From positions 3,503 to 67,502 of the forward strand of contig CAKORV010000002.1 in NCBI GenBank assembly GCA_934101625.1: a stretch of DNA of 64,000 bases, written 5' to 3'. The notes beneath the pieces were generated by a model, which worked only from the letters and a program-made list of their open reading frames with translations, was not told the origin of the DNA and did no database searches. Each line of letters starts with the position of its first letter. Position 1 is the first letter of the stretch. Shown here piece after piece: positions 17,545 to 26,436 of this stretch. Made by a program: the position numbers and the translations under genes. The stretch comes from an uncultured Bacilli bacterium. GTDB taxonomy: Bacteria; Bacillota_I; Bacilli_A; RF39; UBA660.

Positions 17545-19281
17545 ATGAATTTAAAAGATTTATATATTGATTTTTTTGTAAGTAAAGGACATAAACAAAT
17601 ACCGAGTGCGCCAGTGGTGCCTGAAAATGATCCAAGTGTATTATTTAATACTGCAGGTATGCAACCATTAATTCCATATTTAATGGGAGAACCACATCCA
17701 TATGGAACTAGATTAGTTGATTATCAAAAGTGTGTTAGGACTAATGATTTGGATTCTATTGGAGATACAACACATCATACATTCTTTGAAATGCTTGGAA
17801 ACTGGAGTTTAGGAGATTATTTTAAAGATGAAAGTATATCTTGGAGTTTTGAATTTTTAACGAAAGTTTTAAATATACCTGTTGATAGATTAGCAGTAAC
17901 TGTATATGCTGGAGAAGGTAATATTCCTTTTGATGAAGTGAGTTATAATAAATGGTTAAGTTTGGGAATACCTAAAGAAAGAATTGCGAAAACTACTCAA
18001 GATAACTTTTGGATTGCTGGTGCTTCTGGACCATGTGGACCTGATACTGAGATATTTTATTTTAGAAGTACTGATGATATTCCTGAAGTGTTTGATCCAG
18101 AAGATGATAGATGGGTTGAAATATGGAACAATGTATTTATGGAATTTTATAAGGATCAAGATGGTAATATAACAGAATTACCTAAGAAGAATGTTGATAC
18201 AGGTATGGGATTTGAGAGAACAACAGCTGTACTTGAAGGAGTTTTAGATAACTATGAATCTAGTGTATGGAAAGATGTTATTGAACTAATAAGTGAAATA
18301 TCAAATAAGCCTTATAAGGGTAATGAAGAAAGTATGAGAATTATTGCTGATCATATTCGTACTTCTGTATTTATTAGTGCTGATCCTGCAGGTATAAAAC
18401 CAAGTAATACTGATCAAGGTTATATTTTAAGAAGGTTAATTAGAAGAGCAATCAGACATGCTAAAAAATTAGAAATTGATATAAATAGTGATTGGGAGCA
18501 AAGAATAGCAAGACTTATAATATCAAAATATAAAAAGTATTATAGTGAATTAGCACAAAATGAAAGTATTGTTTTGGAAGTATTAAAAAATGAAAAAGAA
18601 AAATTTAATAAGACACTAGAAAAAGGATTAAGAGAATTTTCTAAAGTTAGTAATAAAGATATTGATGCTACAACTGCATTTCATCTTTATGATACATATG
18701 GATTTCCAATTGAACTTACTTTAGAACTTGCTGATGATGCTGGAATTAAAGTTGATGTTGAAGGATTTAAAGAAAAATTTAAAGCTCATCAAGAATTATC
18801 TAGAACTGCAAGTGCAGGTAAATTTAAAGGTGGATTAGCTGGTAATAGTGAGATAGAAACTAAATATCATACTGCTACACATTTATTAAATGCAGCACTT
18901 AAGTTAGTAGTTGGACCTGATGTTCATCAAAAAGGTAGTAATATAACTGATGAAAGAATGAGATTTGACTTTTCATGTGATCATAAATTAACTGATGAAG
19001 AAAAAACTAAAGTAGAAGATTTAGTTAATGAGTGGATTAAAGAAGGAATAGATGTTACAGTAGAAGAAATGACTAAAGATGAAGCTATTAAAAGTGGTGC
19101 AGAGTGTATGTTTATAGAAAAATATCCTGATATTGTAACTGTTTATTCAATAGGTAATATTTCAAAAGAATTGTGTGGTGGACCACATGTTAAAAATACA
19201 AGTGAGTTAGGTCATTTTAAAATTAAAAAAGAAGAAGCATCAAGTGCTGGTGTAAGAAGAATAAAGGCTGTGTTAGAATAA
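17545..19281 (+). CDS. alaS: Alanyl-tRNA synthetase, short form (578 aa) lacking the C-terminal C-Ala domain
   Basis: Class II AlaRS N-terminus 'VPENDPSVLFNTAGMQP', 'GMGFERT', 'YILRRLIRRA'. Editing-domain motifs 'HTATHLL' and 'CGGPHV'. The ORF ends right after 'GVRRIKAV'. Confidence 0.88.
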   Translation: MNLKDLYIDFFVSKGHKQIPSAPVVPENDPSVLFNTAGMQPLIPYLMGEPHPYGTRLVDYQKCVRTNDLDSIGDTTHHTFFEMLGNWSLGDYFKDESISWSFEFLTKVLNIPVDRLAVTVYAGEGNIPFDEVSYNKWLSLGIPKERIAKTTQDNFWIAGASGPCGPDTEIFYFRSTDDIPEVFDPEDDRWVEIWNNVFMEFYKDQDGNITELPKKNVDTGMGFERTTAVLEGVLDNYESSVWKDVIELISEISNKPYKGNEESMRIIADHIRTSVFISADPAGIKPSNTDQGYILRRLIRRAIRHAKKLEIDINSDWEQRIARLIISKYKKYYSELAQNESIVLEVLKNEKEKFNKTLEKGLREFSKVSNKDIDATTAFHLYDTYGFPIELTLELADDAGIKVDVEGFKEKFKAHQELSRTASAGKFKGGLAGNSEIETKYHTATHLLNAALKLVVGPDVHQKGSNITDERMRFDFSCDHKLTDEEKTKVEDLVNEWIKEGIDVTVEEMTKDEAIKSGAECMFIEKYPDIVTVYSIGNISKELCGGPHVKNTSELGHFKIKKEEASSAGVRRIKAVLE

Positions 19282-20303
19282 TGAGTATATTTGATTTAAC
19301 GTTAACTGAATTAGAAAATATTTTAGTTACAAATGGTTTTAAGAAATTTAATGCTACTCAGGTATTTGAAGGTGTTTATAAAAAAAGAGTAAAATCATTT
19401 GATGAAATTACAAATATAAGTAAAGATTTAAAAGAGTTTTTAAATAATAATTATTCATTGAAATATTTAAATATTGTTGATGAATTATCTAGTGATGATA
19501 CAAATAAATATTTATTAGAAGTTAAAGATAGTTTTGTTGAATGTGTTTTAATGAAACATGATTATGGTAATAGTTTATGTATTAGTACTGAGATAGGTTG
19601 TAATATGGCTTGCGCATTTTGTGAAAGTGGTAAACTTAAGAAAATTCGTGGACTTTCTGTTAGTGAAATAGTGTTACAAGTTTTAACAATTGAAGAAAAA
19701 GAAAATATAAGAATAAGCAATATTGTTTTTATGGGAATAGGTGAACCTTTTGATAATTATGATAATATAATAAAATCAATAAATATATTAACTTGTCCAA
19801 AGGGTATAGATTTAGGTAGTAGAAAAATTACTGTTAGTACATGTGGTTTAGTACCTAAAATTAAAGAGTTTGCTGATACACCTGGACAAGTAAATTTAGC
19901 AATTAGTTTGCATGCATCTAATGATTTAACTAGAAATAAATTGATGCCTATAAATAAAGTTTATCCAATAAAAGAAGTTATTAATGCGATTGATTATTAT
20001 ATTAATAAGACTAATAGAAAGGTTACAATTGAGTATATTTTATTAGATGGAATAAATGATAGTGTGGAAAATGCACTTGAGTTAGTTAATTTGTTTAAAG
20101 GTAAATTAGTGTACATTAATTTAATTCCTTATAATAGTACTAGTAGTGGGTTTAAAAGAAGTGATAAAGAAACTATAAGTAAATTTTTTGATACATTAAC
20201 TAAGAATGGTATTAATGTACAAATGAGAAGAGAAATGGGTAAAAATATAAAAGGAGCTTGTGGACAATTAAGAGCAAGTCATGAAAGTAATATTATTTCT
20301 TAA
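19281..20303 (+). CDS. rlmN: Radical-SAM dual-specificity rRNA/tRNA adenine-C2 methyltransferase RlmN
   Basis: 'CISTEIGCNMACAFC' radical-SAM cysteine motif and RlmN/Cfr family layout. Confidence 0.9.
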   Translation: MSIFDLTLTELENILVTNGFKKFNATQVFEGVYKKRVKSFDEITNISKDLKEFLNNNYSLKYLNIVDELSSDDTNKYLLEVKDSFVECVLMKHDYGNSLCISTEIGCNMACAFCESGKLKKIRGLSVSEIVLQVLTIEEKENIRISNIVFMGIGEPFDNYDNIIKSINILTCPKGIDLGSRKITVSTCGLVPKIKEFADTPGQVNLAISLHASNDLTRNKLMPINKVYPIKEVINAIDYYINKTNRKVTIEYILLDGINDSVENALELVNLFKGKLVYINLIPYNSTSSGFKRSDKETISKFFDTLTKNGINVQMRREMGKNIKGACGQLRASHESNIIS

Positions 20304-20331
20304 TTAGAAAAATAAAGAAAGAAATCAAAAA

Positions 20332-20523
20332 ATGTTTAAAGAAATAAAGGGTATTGCTGGTAATCCAAACCAAATAAAAAATCAAATCGAACTAAGAAAA
20401 ATTACAGAGAATGCCAAAGTCGATAGAACAGAAACATGTTTTAGAGGAAAAAGTAGGCAAACTAGAGATCAATACCTTGAAAGTGTAGAAAGAGCAAAAG
20501 TTTTATCTAAAAGATGGTATTAA
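20332..20523 (+). CDS. Small basic hypothetical protein (63 aa)
   Basis: ORF track only; weak RBS. Confidence 0.3.
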   Translation: MFKEIKGIAGNPNQIKNQIELRKITENAKVDRTETCFRGKSRQTRDQYLESVERAKVLSKRWY

Positions 20524-20548
20524 TATAATTTAAATTTATATGAGTAGA

Positions 20549-20571
20549 AGATAACTAGTTGTTATCTTTTT
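20549..20571 (+). terminator. Rho-independent terminator
   Basis: AGATAAC-tagtt-GTTATCT plus TTTTT. Confidence 0.6.
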
Positions 20572-20611
20572 AAATTGGAAAAATAAAAATTAAATATGTT
20601 CATATAATTAA

Positions 20612-20860
20612 TTGGTGATATGTATGTTAAATAATATAAGTACATACTTAAGAGATTTAGATTATAGGGTTACTTTACTTAAAAATGGATTACATGTTTT
20701 AAATTATAAATCTATAATAGATATTACTTCTAATATTATAATGTTTAAAGTGAGTGATAAATTATTTAAAGTTAATGGTAAGAATATGATACTAAAAGAA
20801 TTAGATAAAAAAGAATTTTTAATAACTGGTGTTATAGAAAGTGTGACAATAAATGGATAA
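20612..20860 (+). CDS. yqfC: YabP/YqfC-family sporulation protein
   Basis: ~82 aa YabP-like ORF directly upstream of a yqfD homologue. Coordinates are from the ORF track. The printed sequence here appears to start on a non-ATG codon (TTG/GTG), and my count of the start is off by one relative to the track. Confidence 0.65.
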   Translation: MVICMLNNISTYLRDLDYRVTLLKNGLHVLNYKSIIDITSNIIMFKVSDKLFKVNGKNMILKELDKKEFLITGVIESVTING

Positions 20861-21992
20861 ATCTCTTTTAGTAGTTAAAGTAACTATGAAATATAATGAA
20901 CTTTTAAGAATATTATTAAGACTTGATATATCATATAAAGACTTAGTTTTAAATGGGGATAATATAGTTTTTAAAATATCTAGTGAAGATTATGAAAAAT
21001 TTAAATTATATTATAAAGATATTAAAATAGTAAGAAAATTAGGTATTAATGGTGTTAAATCTTTTATAAAAAAACATTATATTTTACTTTGTTCATTTAT
21101 ATTTACTTATATTATTTTAATACTTTTGTCTAATGTTATATTTGATGTAGAAATAGTTAGTAATAATTATGAACTTAAGAGAGTAATTAATTTATATTTA
21201 GAAGAAAATAATATTAAGAAACATAAATTTGTTAAGAGTCATAAGGAAATAGAAAGTATAAAGAAAAAGATATTAGAAAATAATAAGGATACTTTAGAGT
21301 GGATAGAGATAGAGAGAGTTGGTACTAAATATATAGTTAATCTTACAGAAAGAGTTATTAATGAAAATAAAACTGTTGAAGAAAAGAAAGATCTTGTTGC
21401 TAAGAAAGATGCTTTGATTAAATATTTGATTATTAAAAGTGGTACTGGTGTAAAAGAAGTAAATGAGTTAGTTAAAAAGGGAGATATTATTATAACTGGT
21501 AATATTATAAAAAATGAAGAAGTCATTGATAGAGTTAATGCAAATGGTAAAGTATATGGTGAAACTTGGTATACAGTTAATACTACAGTACCTTATAAAC
21601 ATGTTGATTATGAAAAAACTGGTAAGATAGTTAATCATGTGTATTTAAGTATATTTAATCATAAGTTTACTCTTTATGGAAAGTATGATACTAAAAATGA
21701 AATAGTAAGTTCTAAAGTATTAATTGATAAACCATATTTATTTTTTAAAGTTATTAAAGATAGAAAAGAAATATATAAATATGTTACTCACACATTAACT
21801 GAAGAAGAGGCTTACAAAGAAGCGATAAAGAGAAGTGAAAGAGTTATAAAAGATAAATTAGCAAGTGATGAATACATAATAGATAAAAAAGTTTTGAAAA
21901 ATAATAAGTATAGTAGTAAAATAGAAGTAGAGATATTTTATAAAGTTTATGAAAATATCGGTGAATACAAAGAACCAGAAATTATAGAATAA
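20853..21992 (+). CDS. yqfD: Stage IV sporulation protein YqfD-like (single TM)
   Basis: ~380 aa with one TM helix near residue 85, following yqfC. The order yqfC–yqfD–(phoH)–ybeY–cdd–era–recO is conserved in spore-forming Firmicutes. Confidence 0.7.
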   Translation: MDKSLLVVKVTMKYNELLRILLRLDISYKDLVLNGDNIVFKISSEDYEKFKLYYKDIKIVRKLGINGVKSFIKKHYILLCSFIFTYIILILLSNVIFDVEIVSNNYELKRVINLYLEENNIKKHKFVKSHKEIESIKKKILENNKDTLEWIEIERVGTKYIVNLTERVINENKTVEEKKDLVAKKDALIKYLIIKSGTGVKEVNELVKKGDIIITGNIIKNEEVIDRVNANGKVYGETWYTVNTTVPYKHVDYEKTGKIVNHVYLSIFNHKFTLYGKYDTKNEIVSSKVLIDKPYLFFKVIKDRKEIYKYVTHTLTEEEAYKEAIKRSERVIKDKLASDEYIIDKKVLKNNKYSSKIEVEIFYKVYENIGEYKEPEIIE

Positions 21993-22007
21993 TAAGAGGA
22001 GTTATAT

Positions 22008-22616
22008 ATGGTAAAAGAAACATTTTTTGAATTACTTAGTACAACATGGCCTACATTAGTTATATTTTTAGTAATAGTTATTATTATGAGATATTTTTAT
22101 ATAAGGAATAATGGTAAAAAATTTATATTACATGAAGAGTTGCTTTTATTACTTTTTATTACTTATATTTTATTACTATTTGAATTGGTTACATCTAGAG
22201 ATGTTTGGTTAAGTGGTACTAATTTAATACCTTTTAAAGAGATATTAAGGTATCCTGTAGGAAGTACTAATTTCTATAGACAAGTAATTGGAAATATAGT
22301 GTTATTTATACCATTTGGTTTTTTTGCTAGTTATTATACTAAAACTAGTAGATTAGGTACTATTGCTTTTATAACGTTCTTAGTTAGTTTAACTATTGAA
22401 GTTGTTCAAAAGTATATTGGAAGAAGTTTTGATGTTGATGATATAATACTTAATGTAGTGGGTGGAATATTAGGTTTCTTAATATTTGTAGCATTAGATG
22501 CAATTAAAAGAAAATTACCTAAATTTTTGCAGAGAGATGGATTTTATAATTTCTTATCAATATTGTTAGTAATATTTGTGGCTTTGTATTTAACAGGAAT
22601 AATTAAGTTGTGGTGA
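22008..22616 (+). CDS. VanZ-like family membrane protein
   Basis: Four TM helices. 'NFYRQVIGNIVLFIPFGFFA' resembles the VanZ family. Confidence 0.65.
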   Translation: MVKETFFELLSTTWPTLVIFLVIVIIMRYFYIRNNGKKFILHEELLLLLFITYILLLFELVTSRDVWLSGTNLIPFKEILRYPVGSTNFYRQVIGNIVLFIPFGFFASYYTKTSRLGTIAFITFLVSLTIEVVQKYIGRSFDVDDIILNVVGGILGFLIFVALDAIKRKLPKFLQRDGFYNFLSILLVIFVALYLTGIIKLW

Positions 22617-23062
22617 ATAGAATGGAATATGAATTAAGTAATTTAACAGATGAAACAGTAGATACAACTAACATGGAAAGAGTAATTGATGAAGTAAGTA
22701 GAGAACTTAAAGTAAAGAATGGACTTGTTAGTTTTGTATTTGTTGATAATAAGAAAATTAGAGAAATCAATAAAGAATATCGTGGGATAGATAGAGAAAC
22801 TGATGTAATTAGTTTTGCTTTTATGGATGAAGATATTAATCCTGATACAGATTATACTAATTATGGAGAAATATATATTAGTTTAGAGAAAACTTTAAGT
22901 CAAAGTTTAGAATATGGTCATTCATTTGATAGGGAATTATGTTTTTTAACAGTACATGGTTTATTACATTTGCTTGGATATGATCATATGACTAAGGAAG
23001 ATGAGAAGGTTATGTTTTCTCTTCAAGACAAGATATTAAACAAATTAGGTATAGAAAGGTAA
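22610..23062 (+). CDS. ybeY: Endoribonuclease YbeY (rRNA maturation factor)
   Basis: 'DVISFAF...HGLLHLLGYDH' metal-binding motif. An alternative start is the ATG at 22622. Confidence 0.9.
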   Translation: MVNRMEYELSNLTDETVDTTNMERVIDEVSRELKVKNGLVSFVFVDNKKIREINKEYRGIDRETDVISFAFMDEDINPDTDYTNYGEIYISLEKTLSQSLEYGHSFDRELCFLTVHGLLHLLGYDHMTKEDEKVMFSLQDKILNKLGIER

Positions 23063-23064
23063 TT

Positions 23065-23445
23065 ATGAAAGATAAATTAAGTGAATTATTGAAAAATAGT
23101 TATGCACCTTATTCAAATTATCACTTTGCTTGTATAGTTGAAACTAAAAATGGTAATTTGTATGAGGGAGTAAATGTTGAAAATGCGAGTTTTGGTGCGA
23201 CAGTGTGTGCTGAAAGAAATGCTATATTTAATGCAGTTAGTCATGGAGAAAAGGAATTTTCTGCATTATATTTGATGAGTGATAAAGATAATATTTTATG
23301 TCCATGTAATTTGTGTAAACAAGTTATGCTAGAGTTTTTTGATAAAGATGTAATATTTAATATTATGAATAAAAATGGAGATTCTAAAGTTTTAACTTTT
23401 GATGAATTAATGAGAACAACATTTAGTAAGGATGATATGGAATGA
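23065..23445 (+). CDS. cdd: Cytidine deaminase
   Basis: 'CAERNAI' and 'CPCNLCKQ' zinc-binding motifs; 126 aa. Confidence 0.9.
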   Translation: MKDKLSELLKNSYAPYSNYHFACIVETKNGNLYEGVNVENASFGATVCAERNAIFNAVSHGEKEFSALYLMSDKDNILCPCNLCKQVMLEFFDKDVIFNIMNKNGDSKVLTFDELMRTTFSKDDME

Positions 23446-24323
23446 GAAGTGGATTTGTAAGTTTAATTGGTAGGCCTAATGTTGGAAAGAGTACATTACT
23501 TAATAGATTAGTTGGAGAAAAGATTGCTATAACAAGTGATAAACAAGGGACAACAAGAAATTTAATACAAGGAGTTTATACTAAAGATGATACACAAATA
23601 GTATTCGTTGATACTCCAGGAATACATAAGCCTATTCATAAACTTGGTAATAAACTAAATTATCAGGCTTACTATAGTGCTAATGATGTTGATGTAATAG
23701 CGCTTGTAATGGATGCTAGCGAAAGTATAGGTAAAGGAGATATGTTTGTAATAGATAAACTTGTGAATGTTACTACTCCTGTAATACTTGTACTTAATAA
23801 GATAGATAAATTAAATAATGAAGAGATATTAAAGAAAATAGATGAAGTTAAGGATTTATATAGCTTTGCTGAAATAGTACCTGTAAGTGCTAGTCATAAT
23901 GATAATGTAGAAAGACTAATAAGTGTTTTGAGTAAATATTTAAATGATACAGTAAAATATTTTCCTGATGAAGAGAAAACTAGTAGTCCAATGGAATTTA
24001 GACTAGCAGAAATTGTTAGAGAAAAGATATTAGAATTAACCAATGATGAAGTACCTCATTCAGTTCATACTTTAGTAAGTGATATAACAGAAGATGATAA
24101 AACGATAAATGTTTATGTGGATATTATTGTTGATAGGGATGCATTAAAGAAAATTATTATTGGTAAAAAAGGATTAATGCTAAAAGAAATAGGTATGCGT
24201 GCTAGAACAGATATGGAAAAATTACTTGGTAAACAAGTATATTTAGAACTTTATGTTAAGACTTTAAAGAAGTGGAGAGATAAAGAAAAATACCTAAATG
24301 AATTAGGTTTTAATGAATTGTAA
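23442..24323 (+). CDS. era: GTPase Era
   Basis: 'GRPNVGKSTLLN', 'DTPG', 'NKID' G-motifs plus a C-terminal KH domain. Confidence 0.95.
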   Translation: MRSGFVSLIGRPNVGKSTLLNRLVGEKIAITSDKQGTTRNLIQGVYTKDDTQIVFVDTPGIHKPIHKLGNKLNYQAYYSANDVDVIALVMDASESIGKGDMFVIDKLVNVTTPVILVLNKIDKLNNEEILKKIDEVKDLYSFAEIVPVSASHNDNVERLISVLSKYLNDTVKYFPDEEKTSSPMEFRLAEIVREKILELTNDEVPHSVHTLVSDITEDDKTINVYVDIIVDRDALKKIIIGKKGLMLKEIGMRARTDMEKLLGKQVYLELYVKTLKKWRDKEKYLNELGFNEL

Positions 24324-24375
24324 AAATTGATGAATAAAATTCTAAGTTTTGTCACAATATTAAGTAGGTGATAAA

Positions 24376-24456
24376 ATGACTAAAAAGGAATTATGGGAAA
24401 AATTTAAAGAAAGTGGAAAAATAGAAGATTATTTAGAATACAAGAAAGAGAAGTAA
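24376..24456 (+). CDS. yqzL: YqzL-family small protein (26 aa)
   Basis: MTKKELWEKFKESGKIEDYLEYKKEK lies between era and recO. Both the position and the 'W..F..(S/T)G.I(E/D)AYL.YK' pattern match the YqzL family, from memory. Confidence 0.5.
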   Translation: MTKKELWEKFKESGKIEDYLEYKKEK

Positions 24457-24457
24457 T

Positions 24458-25186
24458 ATGGAAATAATTAGCATAGAAGGAATTGTCATAAGTTCTTTAA
24501 AGTATGGAGAAAATAGTAAAATACTTAATATACTTACTAAAGATAAAGGTATAATAGGTGTTATTAGTAAAGGTGCTTTAAAGGAAAAGAGTAAACTTAG
24601 AAGCGTTAGTGATAATTTCACTTATGCTATTTTTCATTTGTATTATAAAGAGAATAAAATGAGTACACTTATTAGTGCTGATGTTATTAATTATTTTCTT
24701 AATATAAGAACTGATATAGAAAAGCTTGGTGTAATTAATTATTTAACTGAATTAACTAGAGATGTTTATAAAAGTTCTAGTAGCAGTGATATTTATGATA
24801 TTTTTATATCAGCTATTTTGAAAATAGAAGAAGGATTTGATCCTAAAATAATATCTAATATAGTGGAAATAAAATATTTGGATTTTTTAGGTATAGGTTT
24901 ATATTTAGATGGGTGTGTAGAATGTGGTAGTACCAGTGTAGTGAGTTTGAGTCATGCTAAGGGAGGTTATATTTGTTATAAACATCGTAAAGATGAGCCA
25001 TTATATGATGCAAGTTTTTTAAAGTTAATAAAAGCATATTATTATATAGATATTAGTAAGATAAGTGAATTAAATTTAAAGAATAAAACAGTAAATGAAA
25101 TAGATAACTTCTTAGATATATATTATAAAGATTATACTGGTCTTTATTTAAAAAGTAAAAATTTCTTTAAGAACATTAAAAAGTAA
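24458..25186 (+). CDS. recO: DNA repair protein RecO
   Basis: N-terminal OB-fold 'EGIVISSLKYGENSKILNILT', a C-terminal Cys cluster 'CVECG', and the position after era. Confidence 0.88.
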   Translation: MEIISIEGIVISSLKYGENSKILNILTKDKGIIGVISKGALKEKSKLRSVSDNFTYAIFHLYYKENKMSTLISADVINYFLNIRTDIEKLGVINYLTELTRDVYKSSSSSDIYDIFISAILKIEEGFDPKIISNIVEIKYLDFLGIGLYLDGCVECGSTSVVSLSHAKGGYICYKHRKDEPLYDASFLKLIKAYYYIDISKISELNLKNKTVNEIDNFLDIYYKDYTGLYLKSKNFFKNIKK

Positions 25187-25456
25187 CTACGAGTTTTTCG
25201 TAGTTATTTTTTCTTCTTTTATTAAATCATCCAAACTTACTTCAAGAACTGTGGCCAGTTTATAAATTGTATAAACTGAGAAACCACTTTTCCCACTACT
25301 AGATTCTATTCTTCTAACAAAATCGTAAGATAATTCAGCATATAATGCAAGCTCTTCTTGTGTTAAACCTCTTAATTTTCTGTACTTTCTTATATTGCTT
25401 GCTATAGTAGATTTTAGGTTTGGATTAAATTCATAAAATTTTTCTTCTTTTATCAT
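25187..25456 (-). CDS. XRE-family helix-turn-helix transcriptional regulator (89 aa)
   Basis: 'LRGLTQEELALYAELSYDFVRRIE' HTH_3 motif with an AGGTGGA RBS. Paralogue of 33824..34087. Confidence 0.8.
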   Translation of the reverse strand: MIKEEKFYEFNPNLKSTIASNIRKYRKLRGLTQEELALYAELSYDFVRRIESSSGKSGFSVYTIYKLATVLEVSLDDLIKEEKITTKNS

Positions 25457-25687
25457 ATTTATCCACCTAAAAAAATCTTAACATTAGTTTTGAAAAATCT
25501 TCGTGACCTGTATATACCGATTTTGCCAATTTTTACCAAAAAAGTAAGAACTTTACACATAAAATGTATAAAAAGAAATACAAAACTTATGTAATGTGAT
25601 ATAATAATAATAACATTTAACAATATTGAACTAATAAATAGTAGTAAGTCTTAGTCTTTAGATTTATGATGTTGTTAAGGAGTATAT

Positions 25688-26365
25688 ATGAAAGTAAGAA
25701 AAAGAAAATTAAAAAAAAGACCAATTAGAATTTTAATATTAATTTTAGGTGTAATAATTTATTTTGTTTTGAATAGAAATGTTATGTTGGATTCTGAACC
25801 GATAAGTCAGTATCCAGATTATCCAACTGGATGTGAAAGTGTATCATTGTATATGCTATTAAAATATTATAATGTTGATGTCACTATTGATGAAATAATA
25901 GAAGAGTTACCTAAAGGGCCACTTCCTTATGGTAATGGAGATATTTTAGAAGGTGCTAATCCAGAAAAGGAATTTGTAGGTAATCCTTTGGAGGAAAATT
26001 CATATGGAGTTTTAAATGAGCCTATAAGATTGACAGCAGATAAGTTTAAGACGGGTGCTAAAACAAAAACTAATGCTACAATATCTGATATAAAAAGAAT
26101 ACTTAGATTTGGTAATCCTTTAATTGCTTGGTTTACTACTAATATTGACAAAGGTATTATATATAAAGAAGAATGGTTAGATTATGAAACCGGGGAAGTT
26201 GTTAAATGGCCAAGTTATGAACATGCTATTTTAATTATAGGTATTGATAAAAAATATATTTATTATAATAATCCAAGTACTGGTGAAAGAGAAAAAATAA
26301 ATATTAAAAAATTTAAAGAGATTTTTGATGAATTGGATGGAAGAATAGTTTATTATAATAAATAA
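25688..26365 (+). CDS. Membrane-anchored peptidase C39-like (YvpB-like) cysteine peptidase
   Basis: N-terminal signal/TM. 'YPTGCESVSLYMLLKYY' provides the catalytic Cys and 'YEHAILIIG' the His. Paralogue of 51805..52698. Confidence 0.72.
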   Translation: MKVRKRKLKKRPIRILILILGVIIYFVLNRNVMLDSEPISQYPDYPTGCESVSLYMLLKYYNVDVTIDEIIEELPKGPLPYGNGDILEGANPEKEFVGNPLEENSYGVLNEPIRLTADKFKTGAKTKTNATISDIKRILRFGNPLIAWFTTNIDKGIIYKEEWLDYETGEVVKWPSYEHAILIIGIDKKYIYYNNPSTGEREKINIKKFKEIFDELDGRIVYYNK

Positions 26366-26436
26366 TGGTAAAAACTATTGTAATGTATAAAAAAATGTAC
26401 TATAATACTCTAGATTTTTGGAAAGAAGGAATAATT

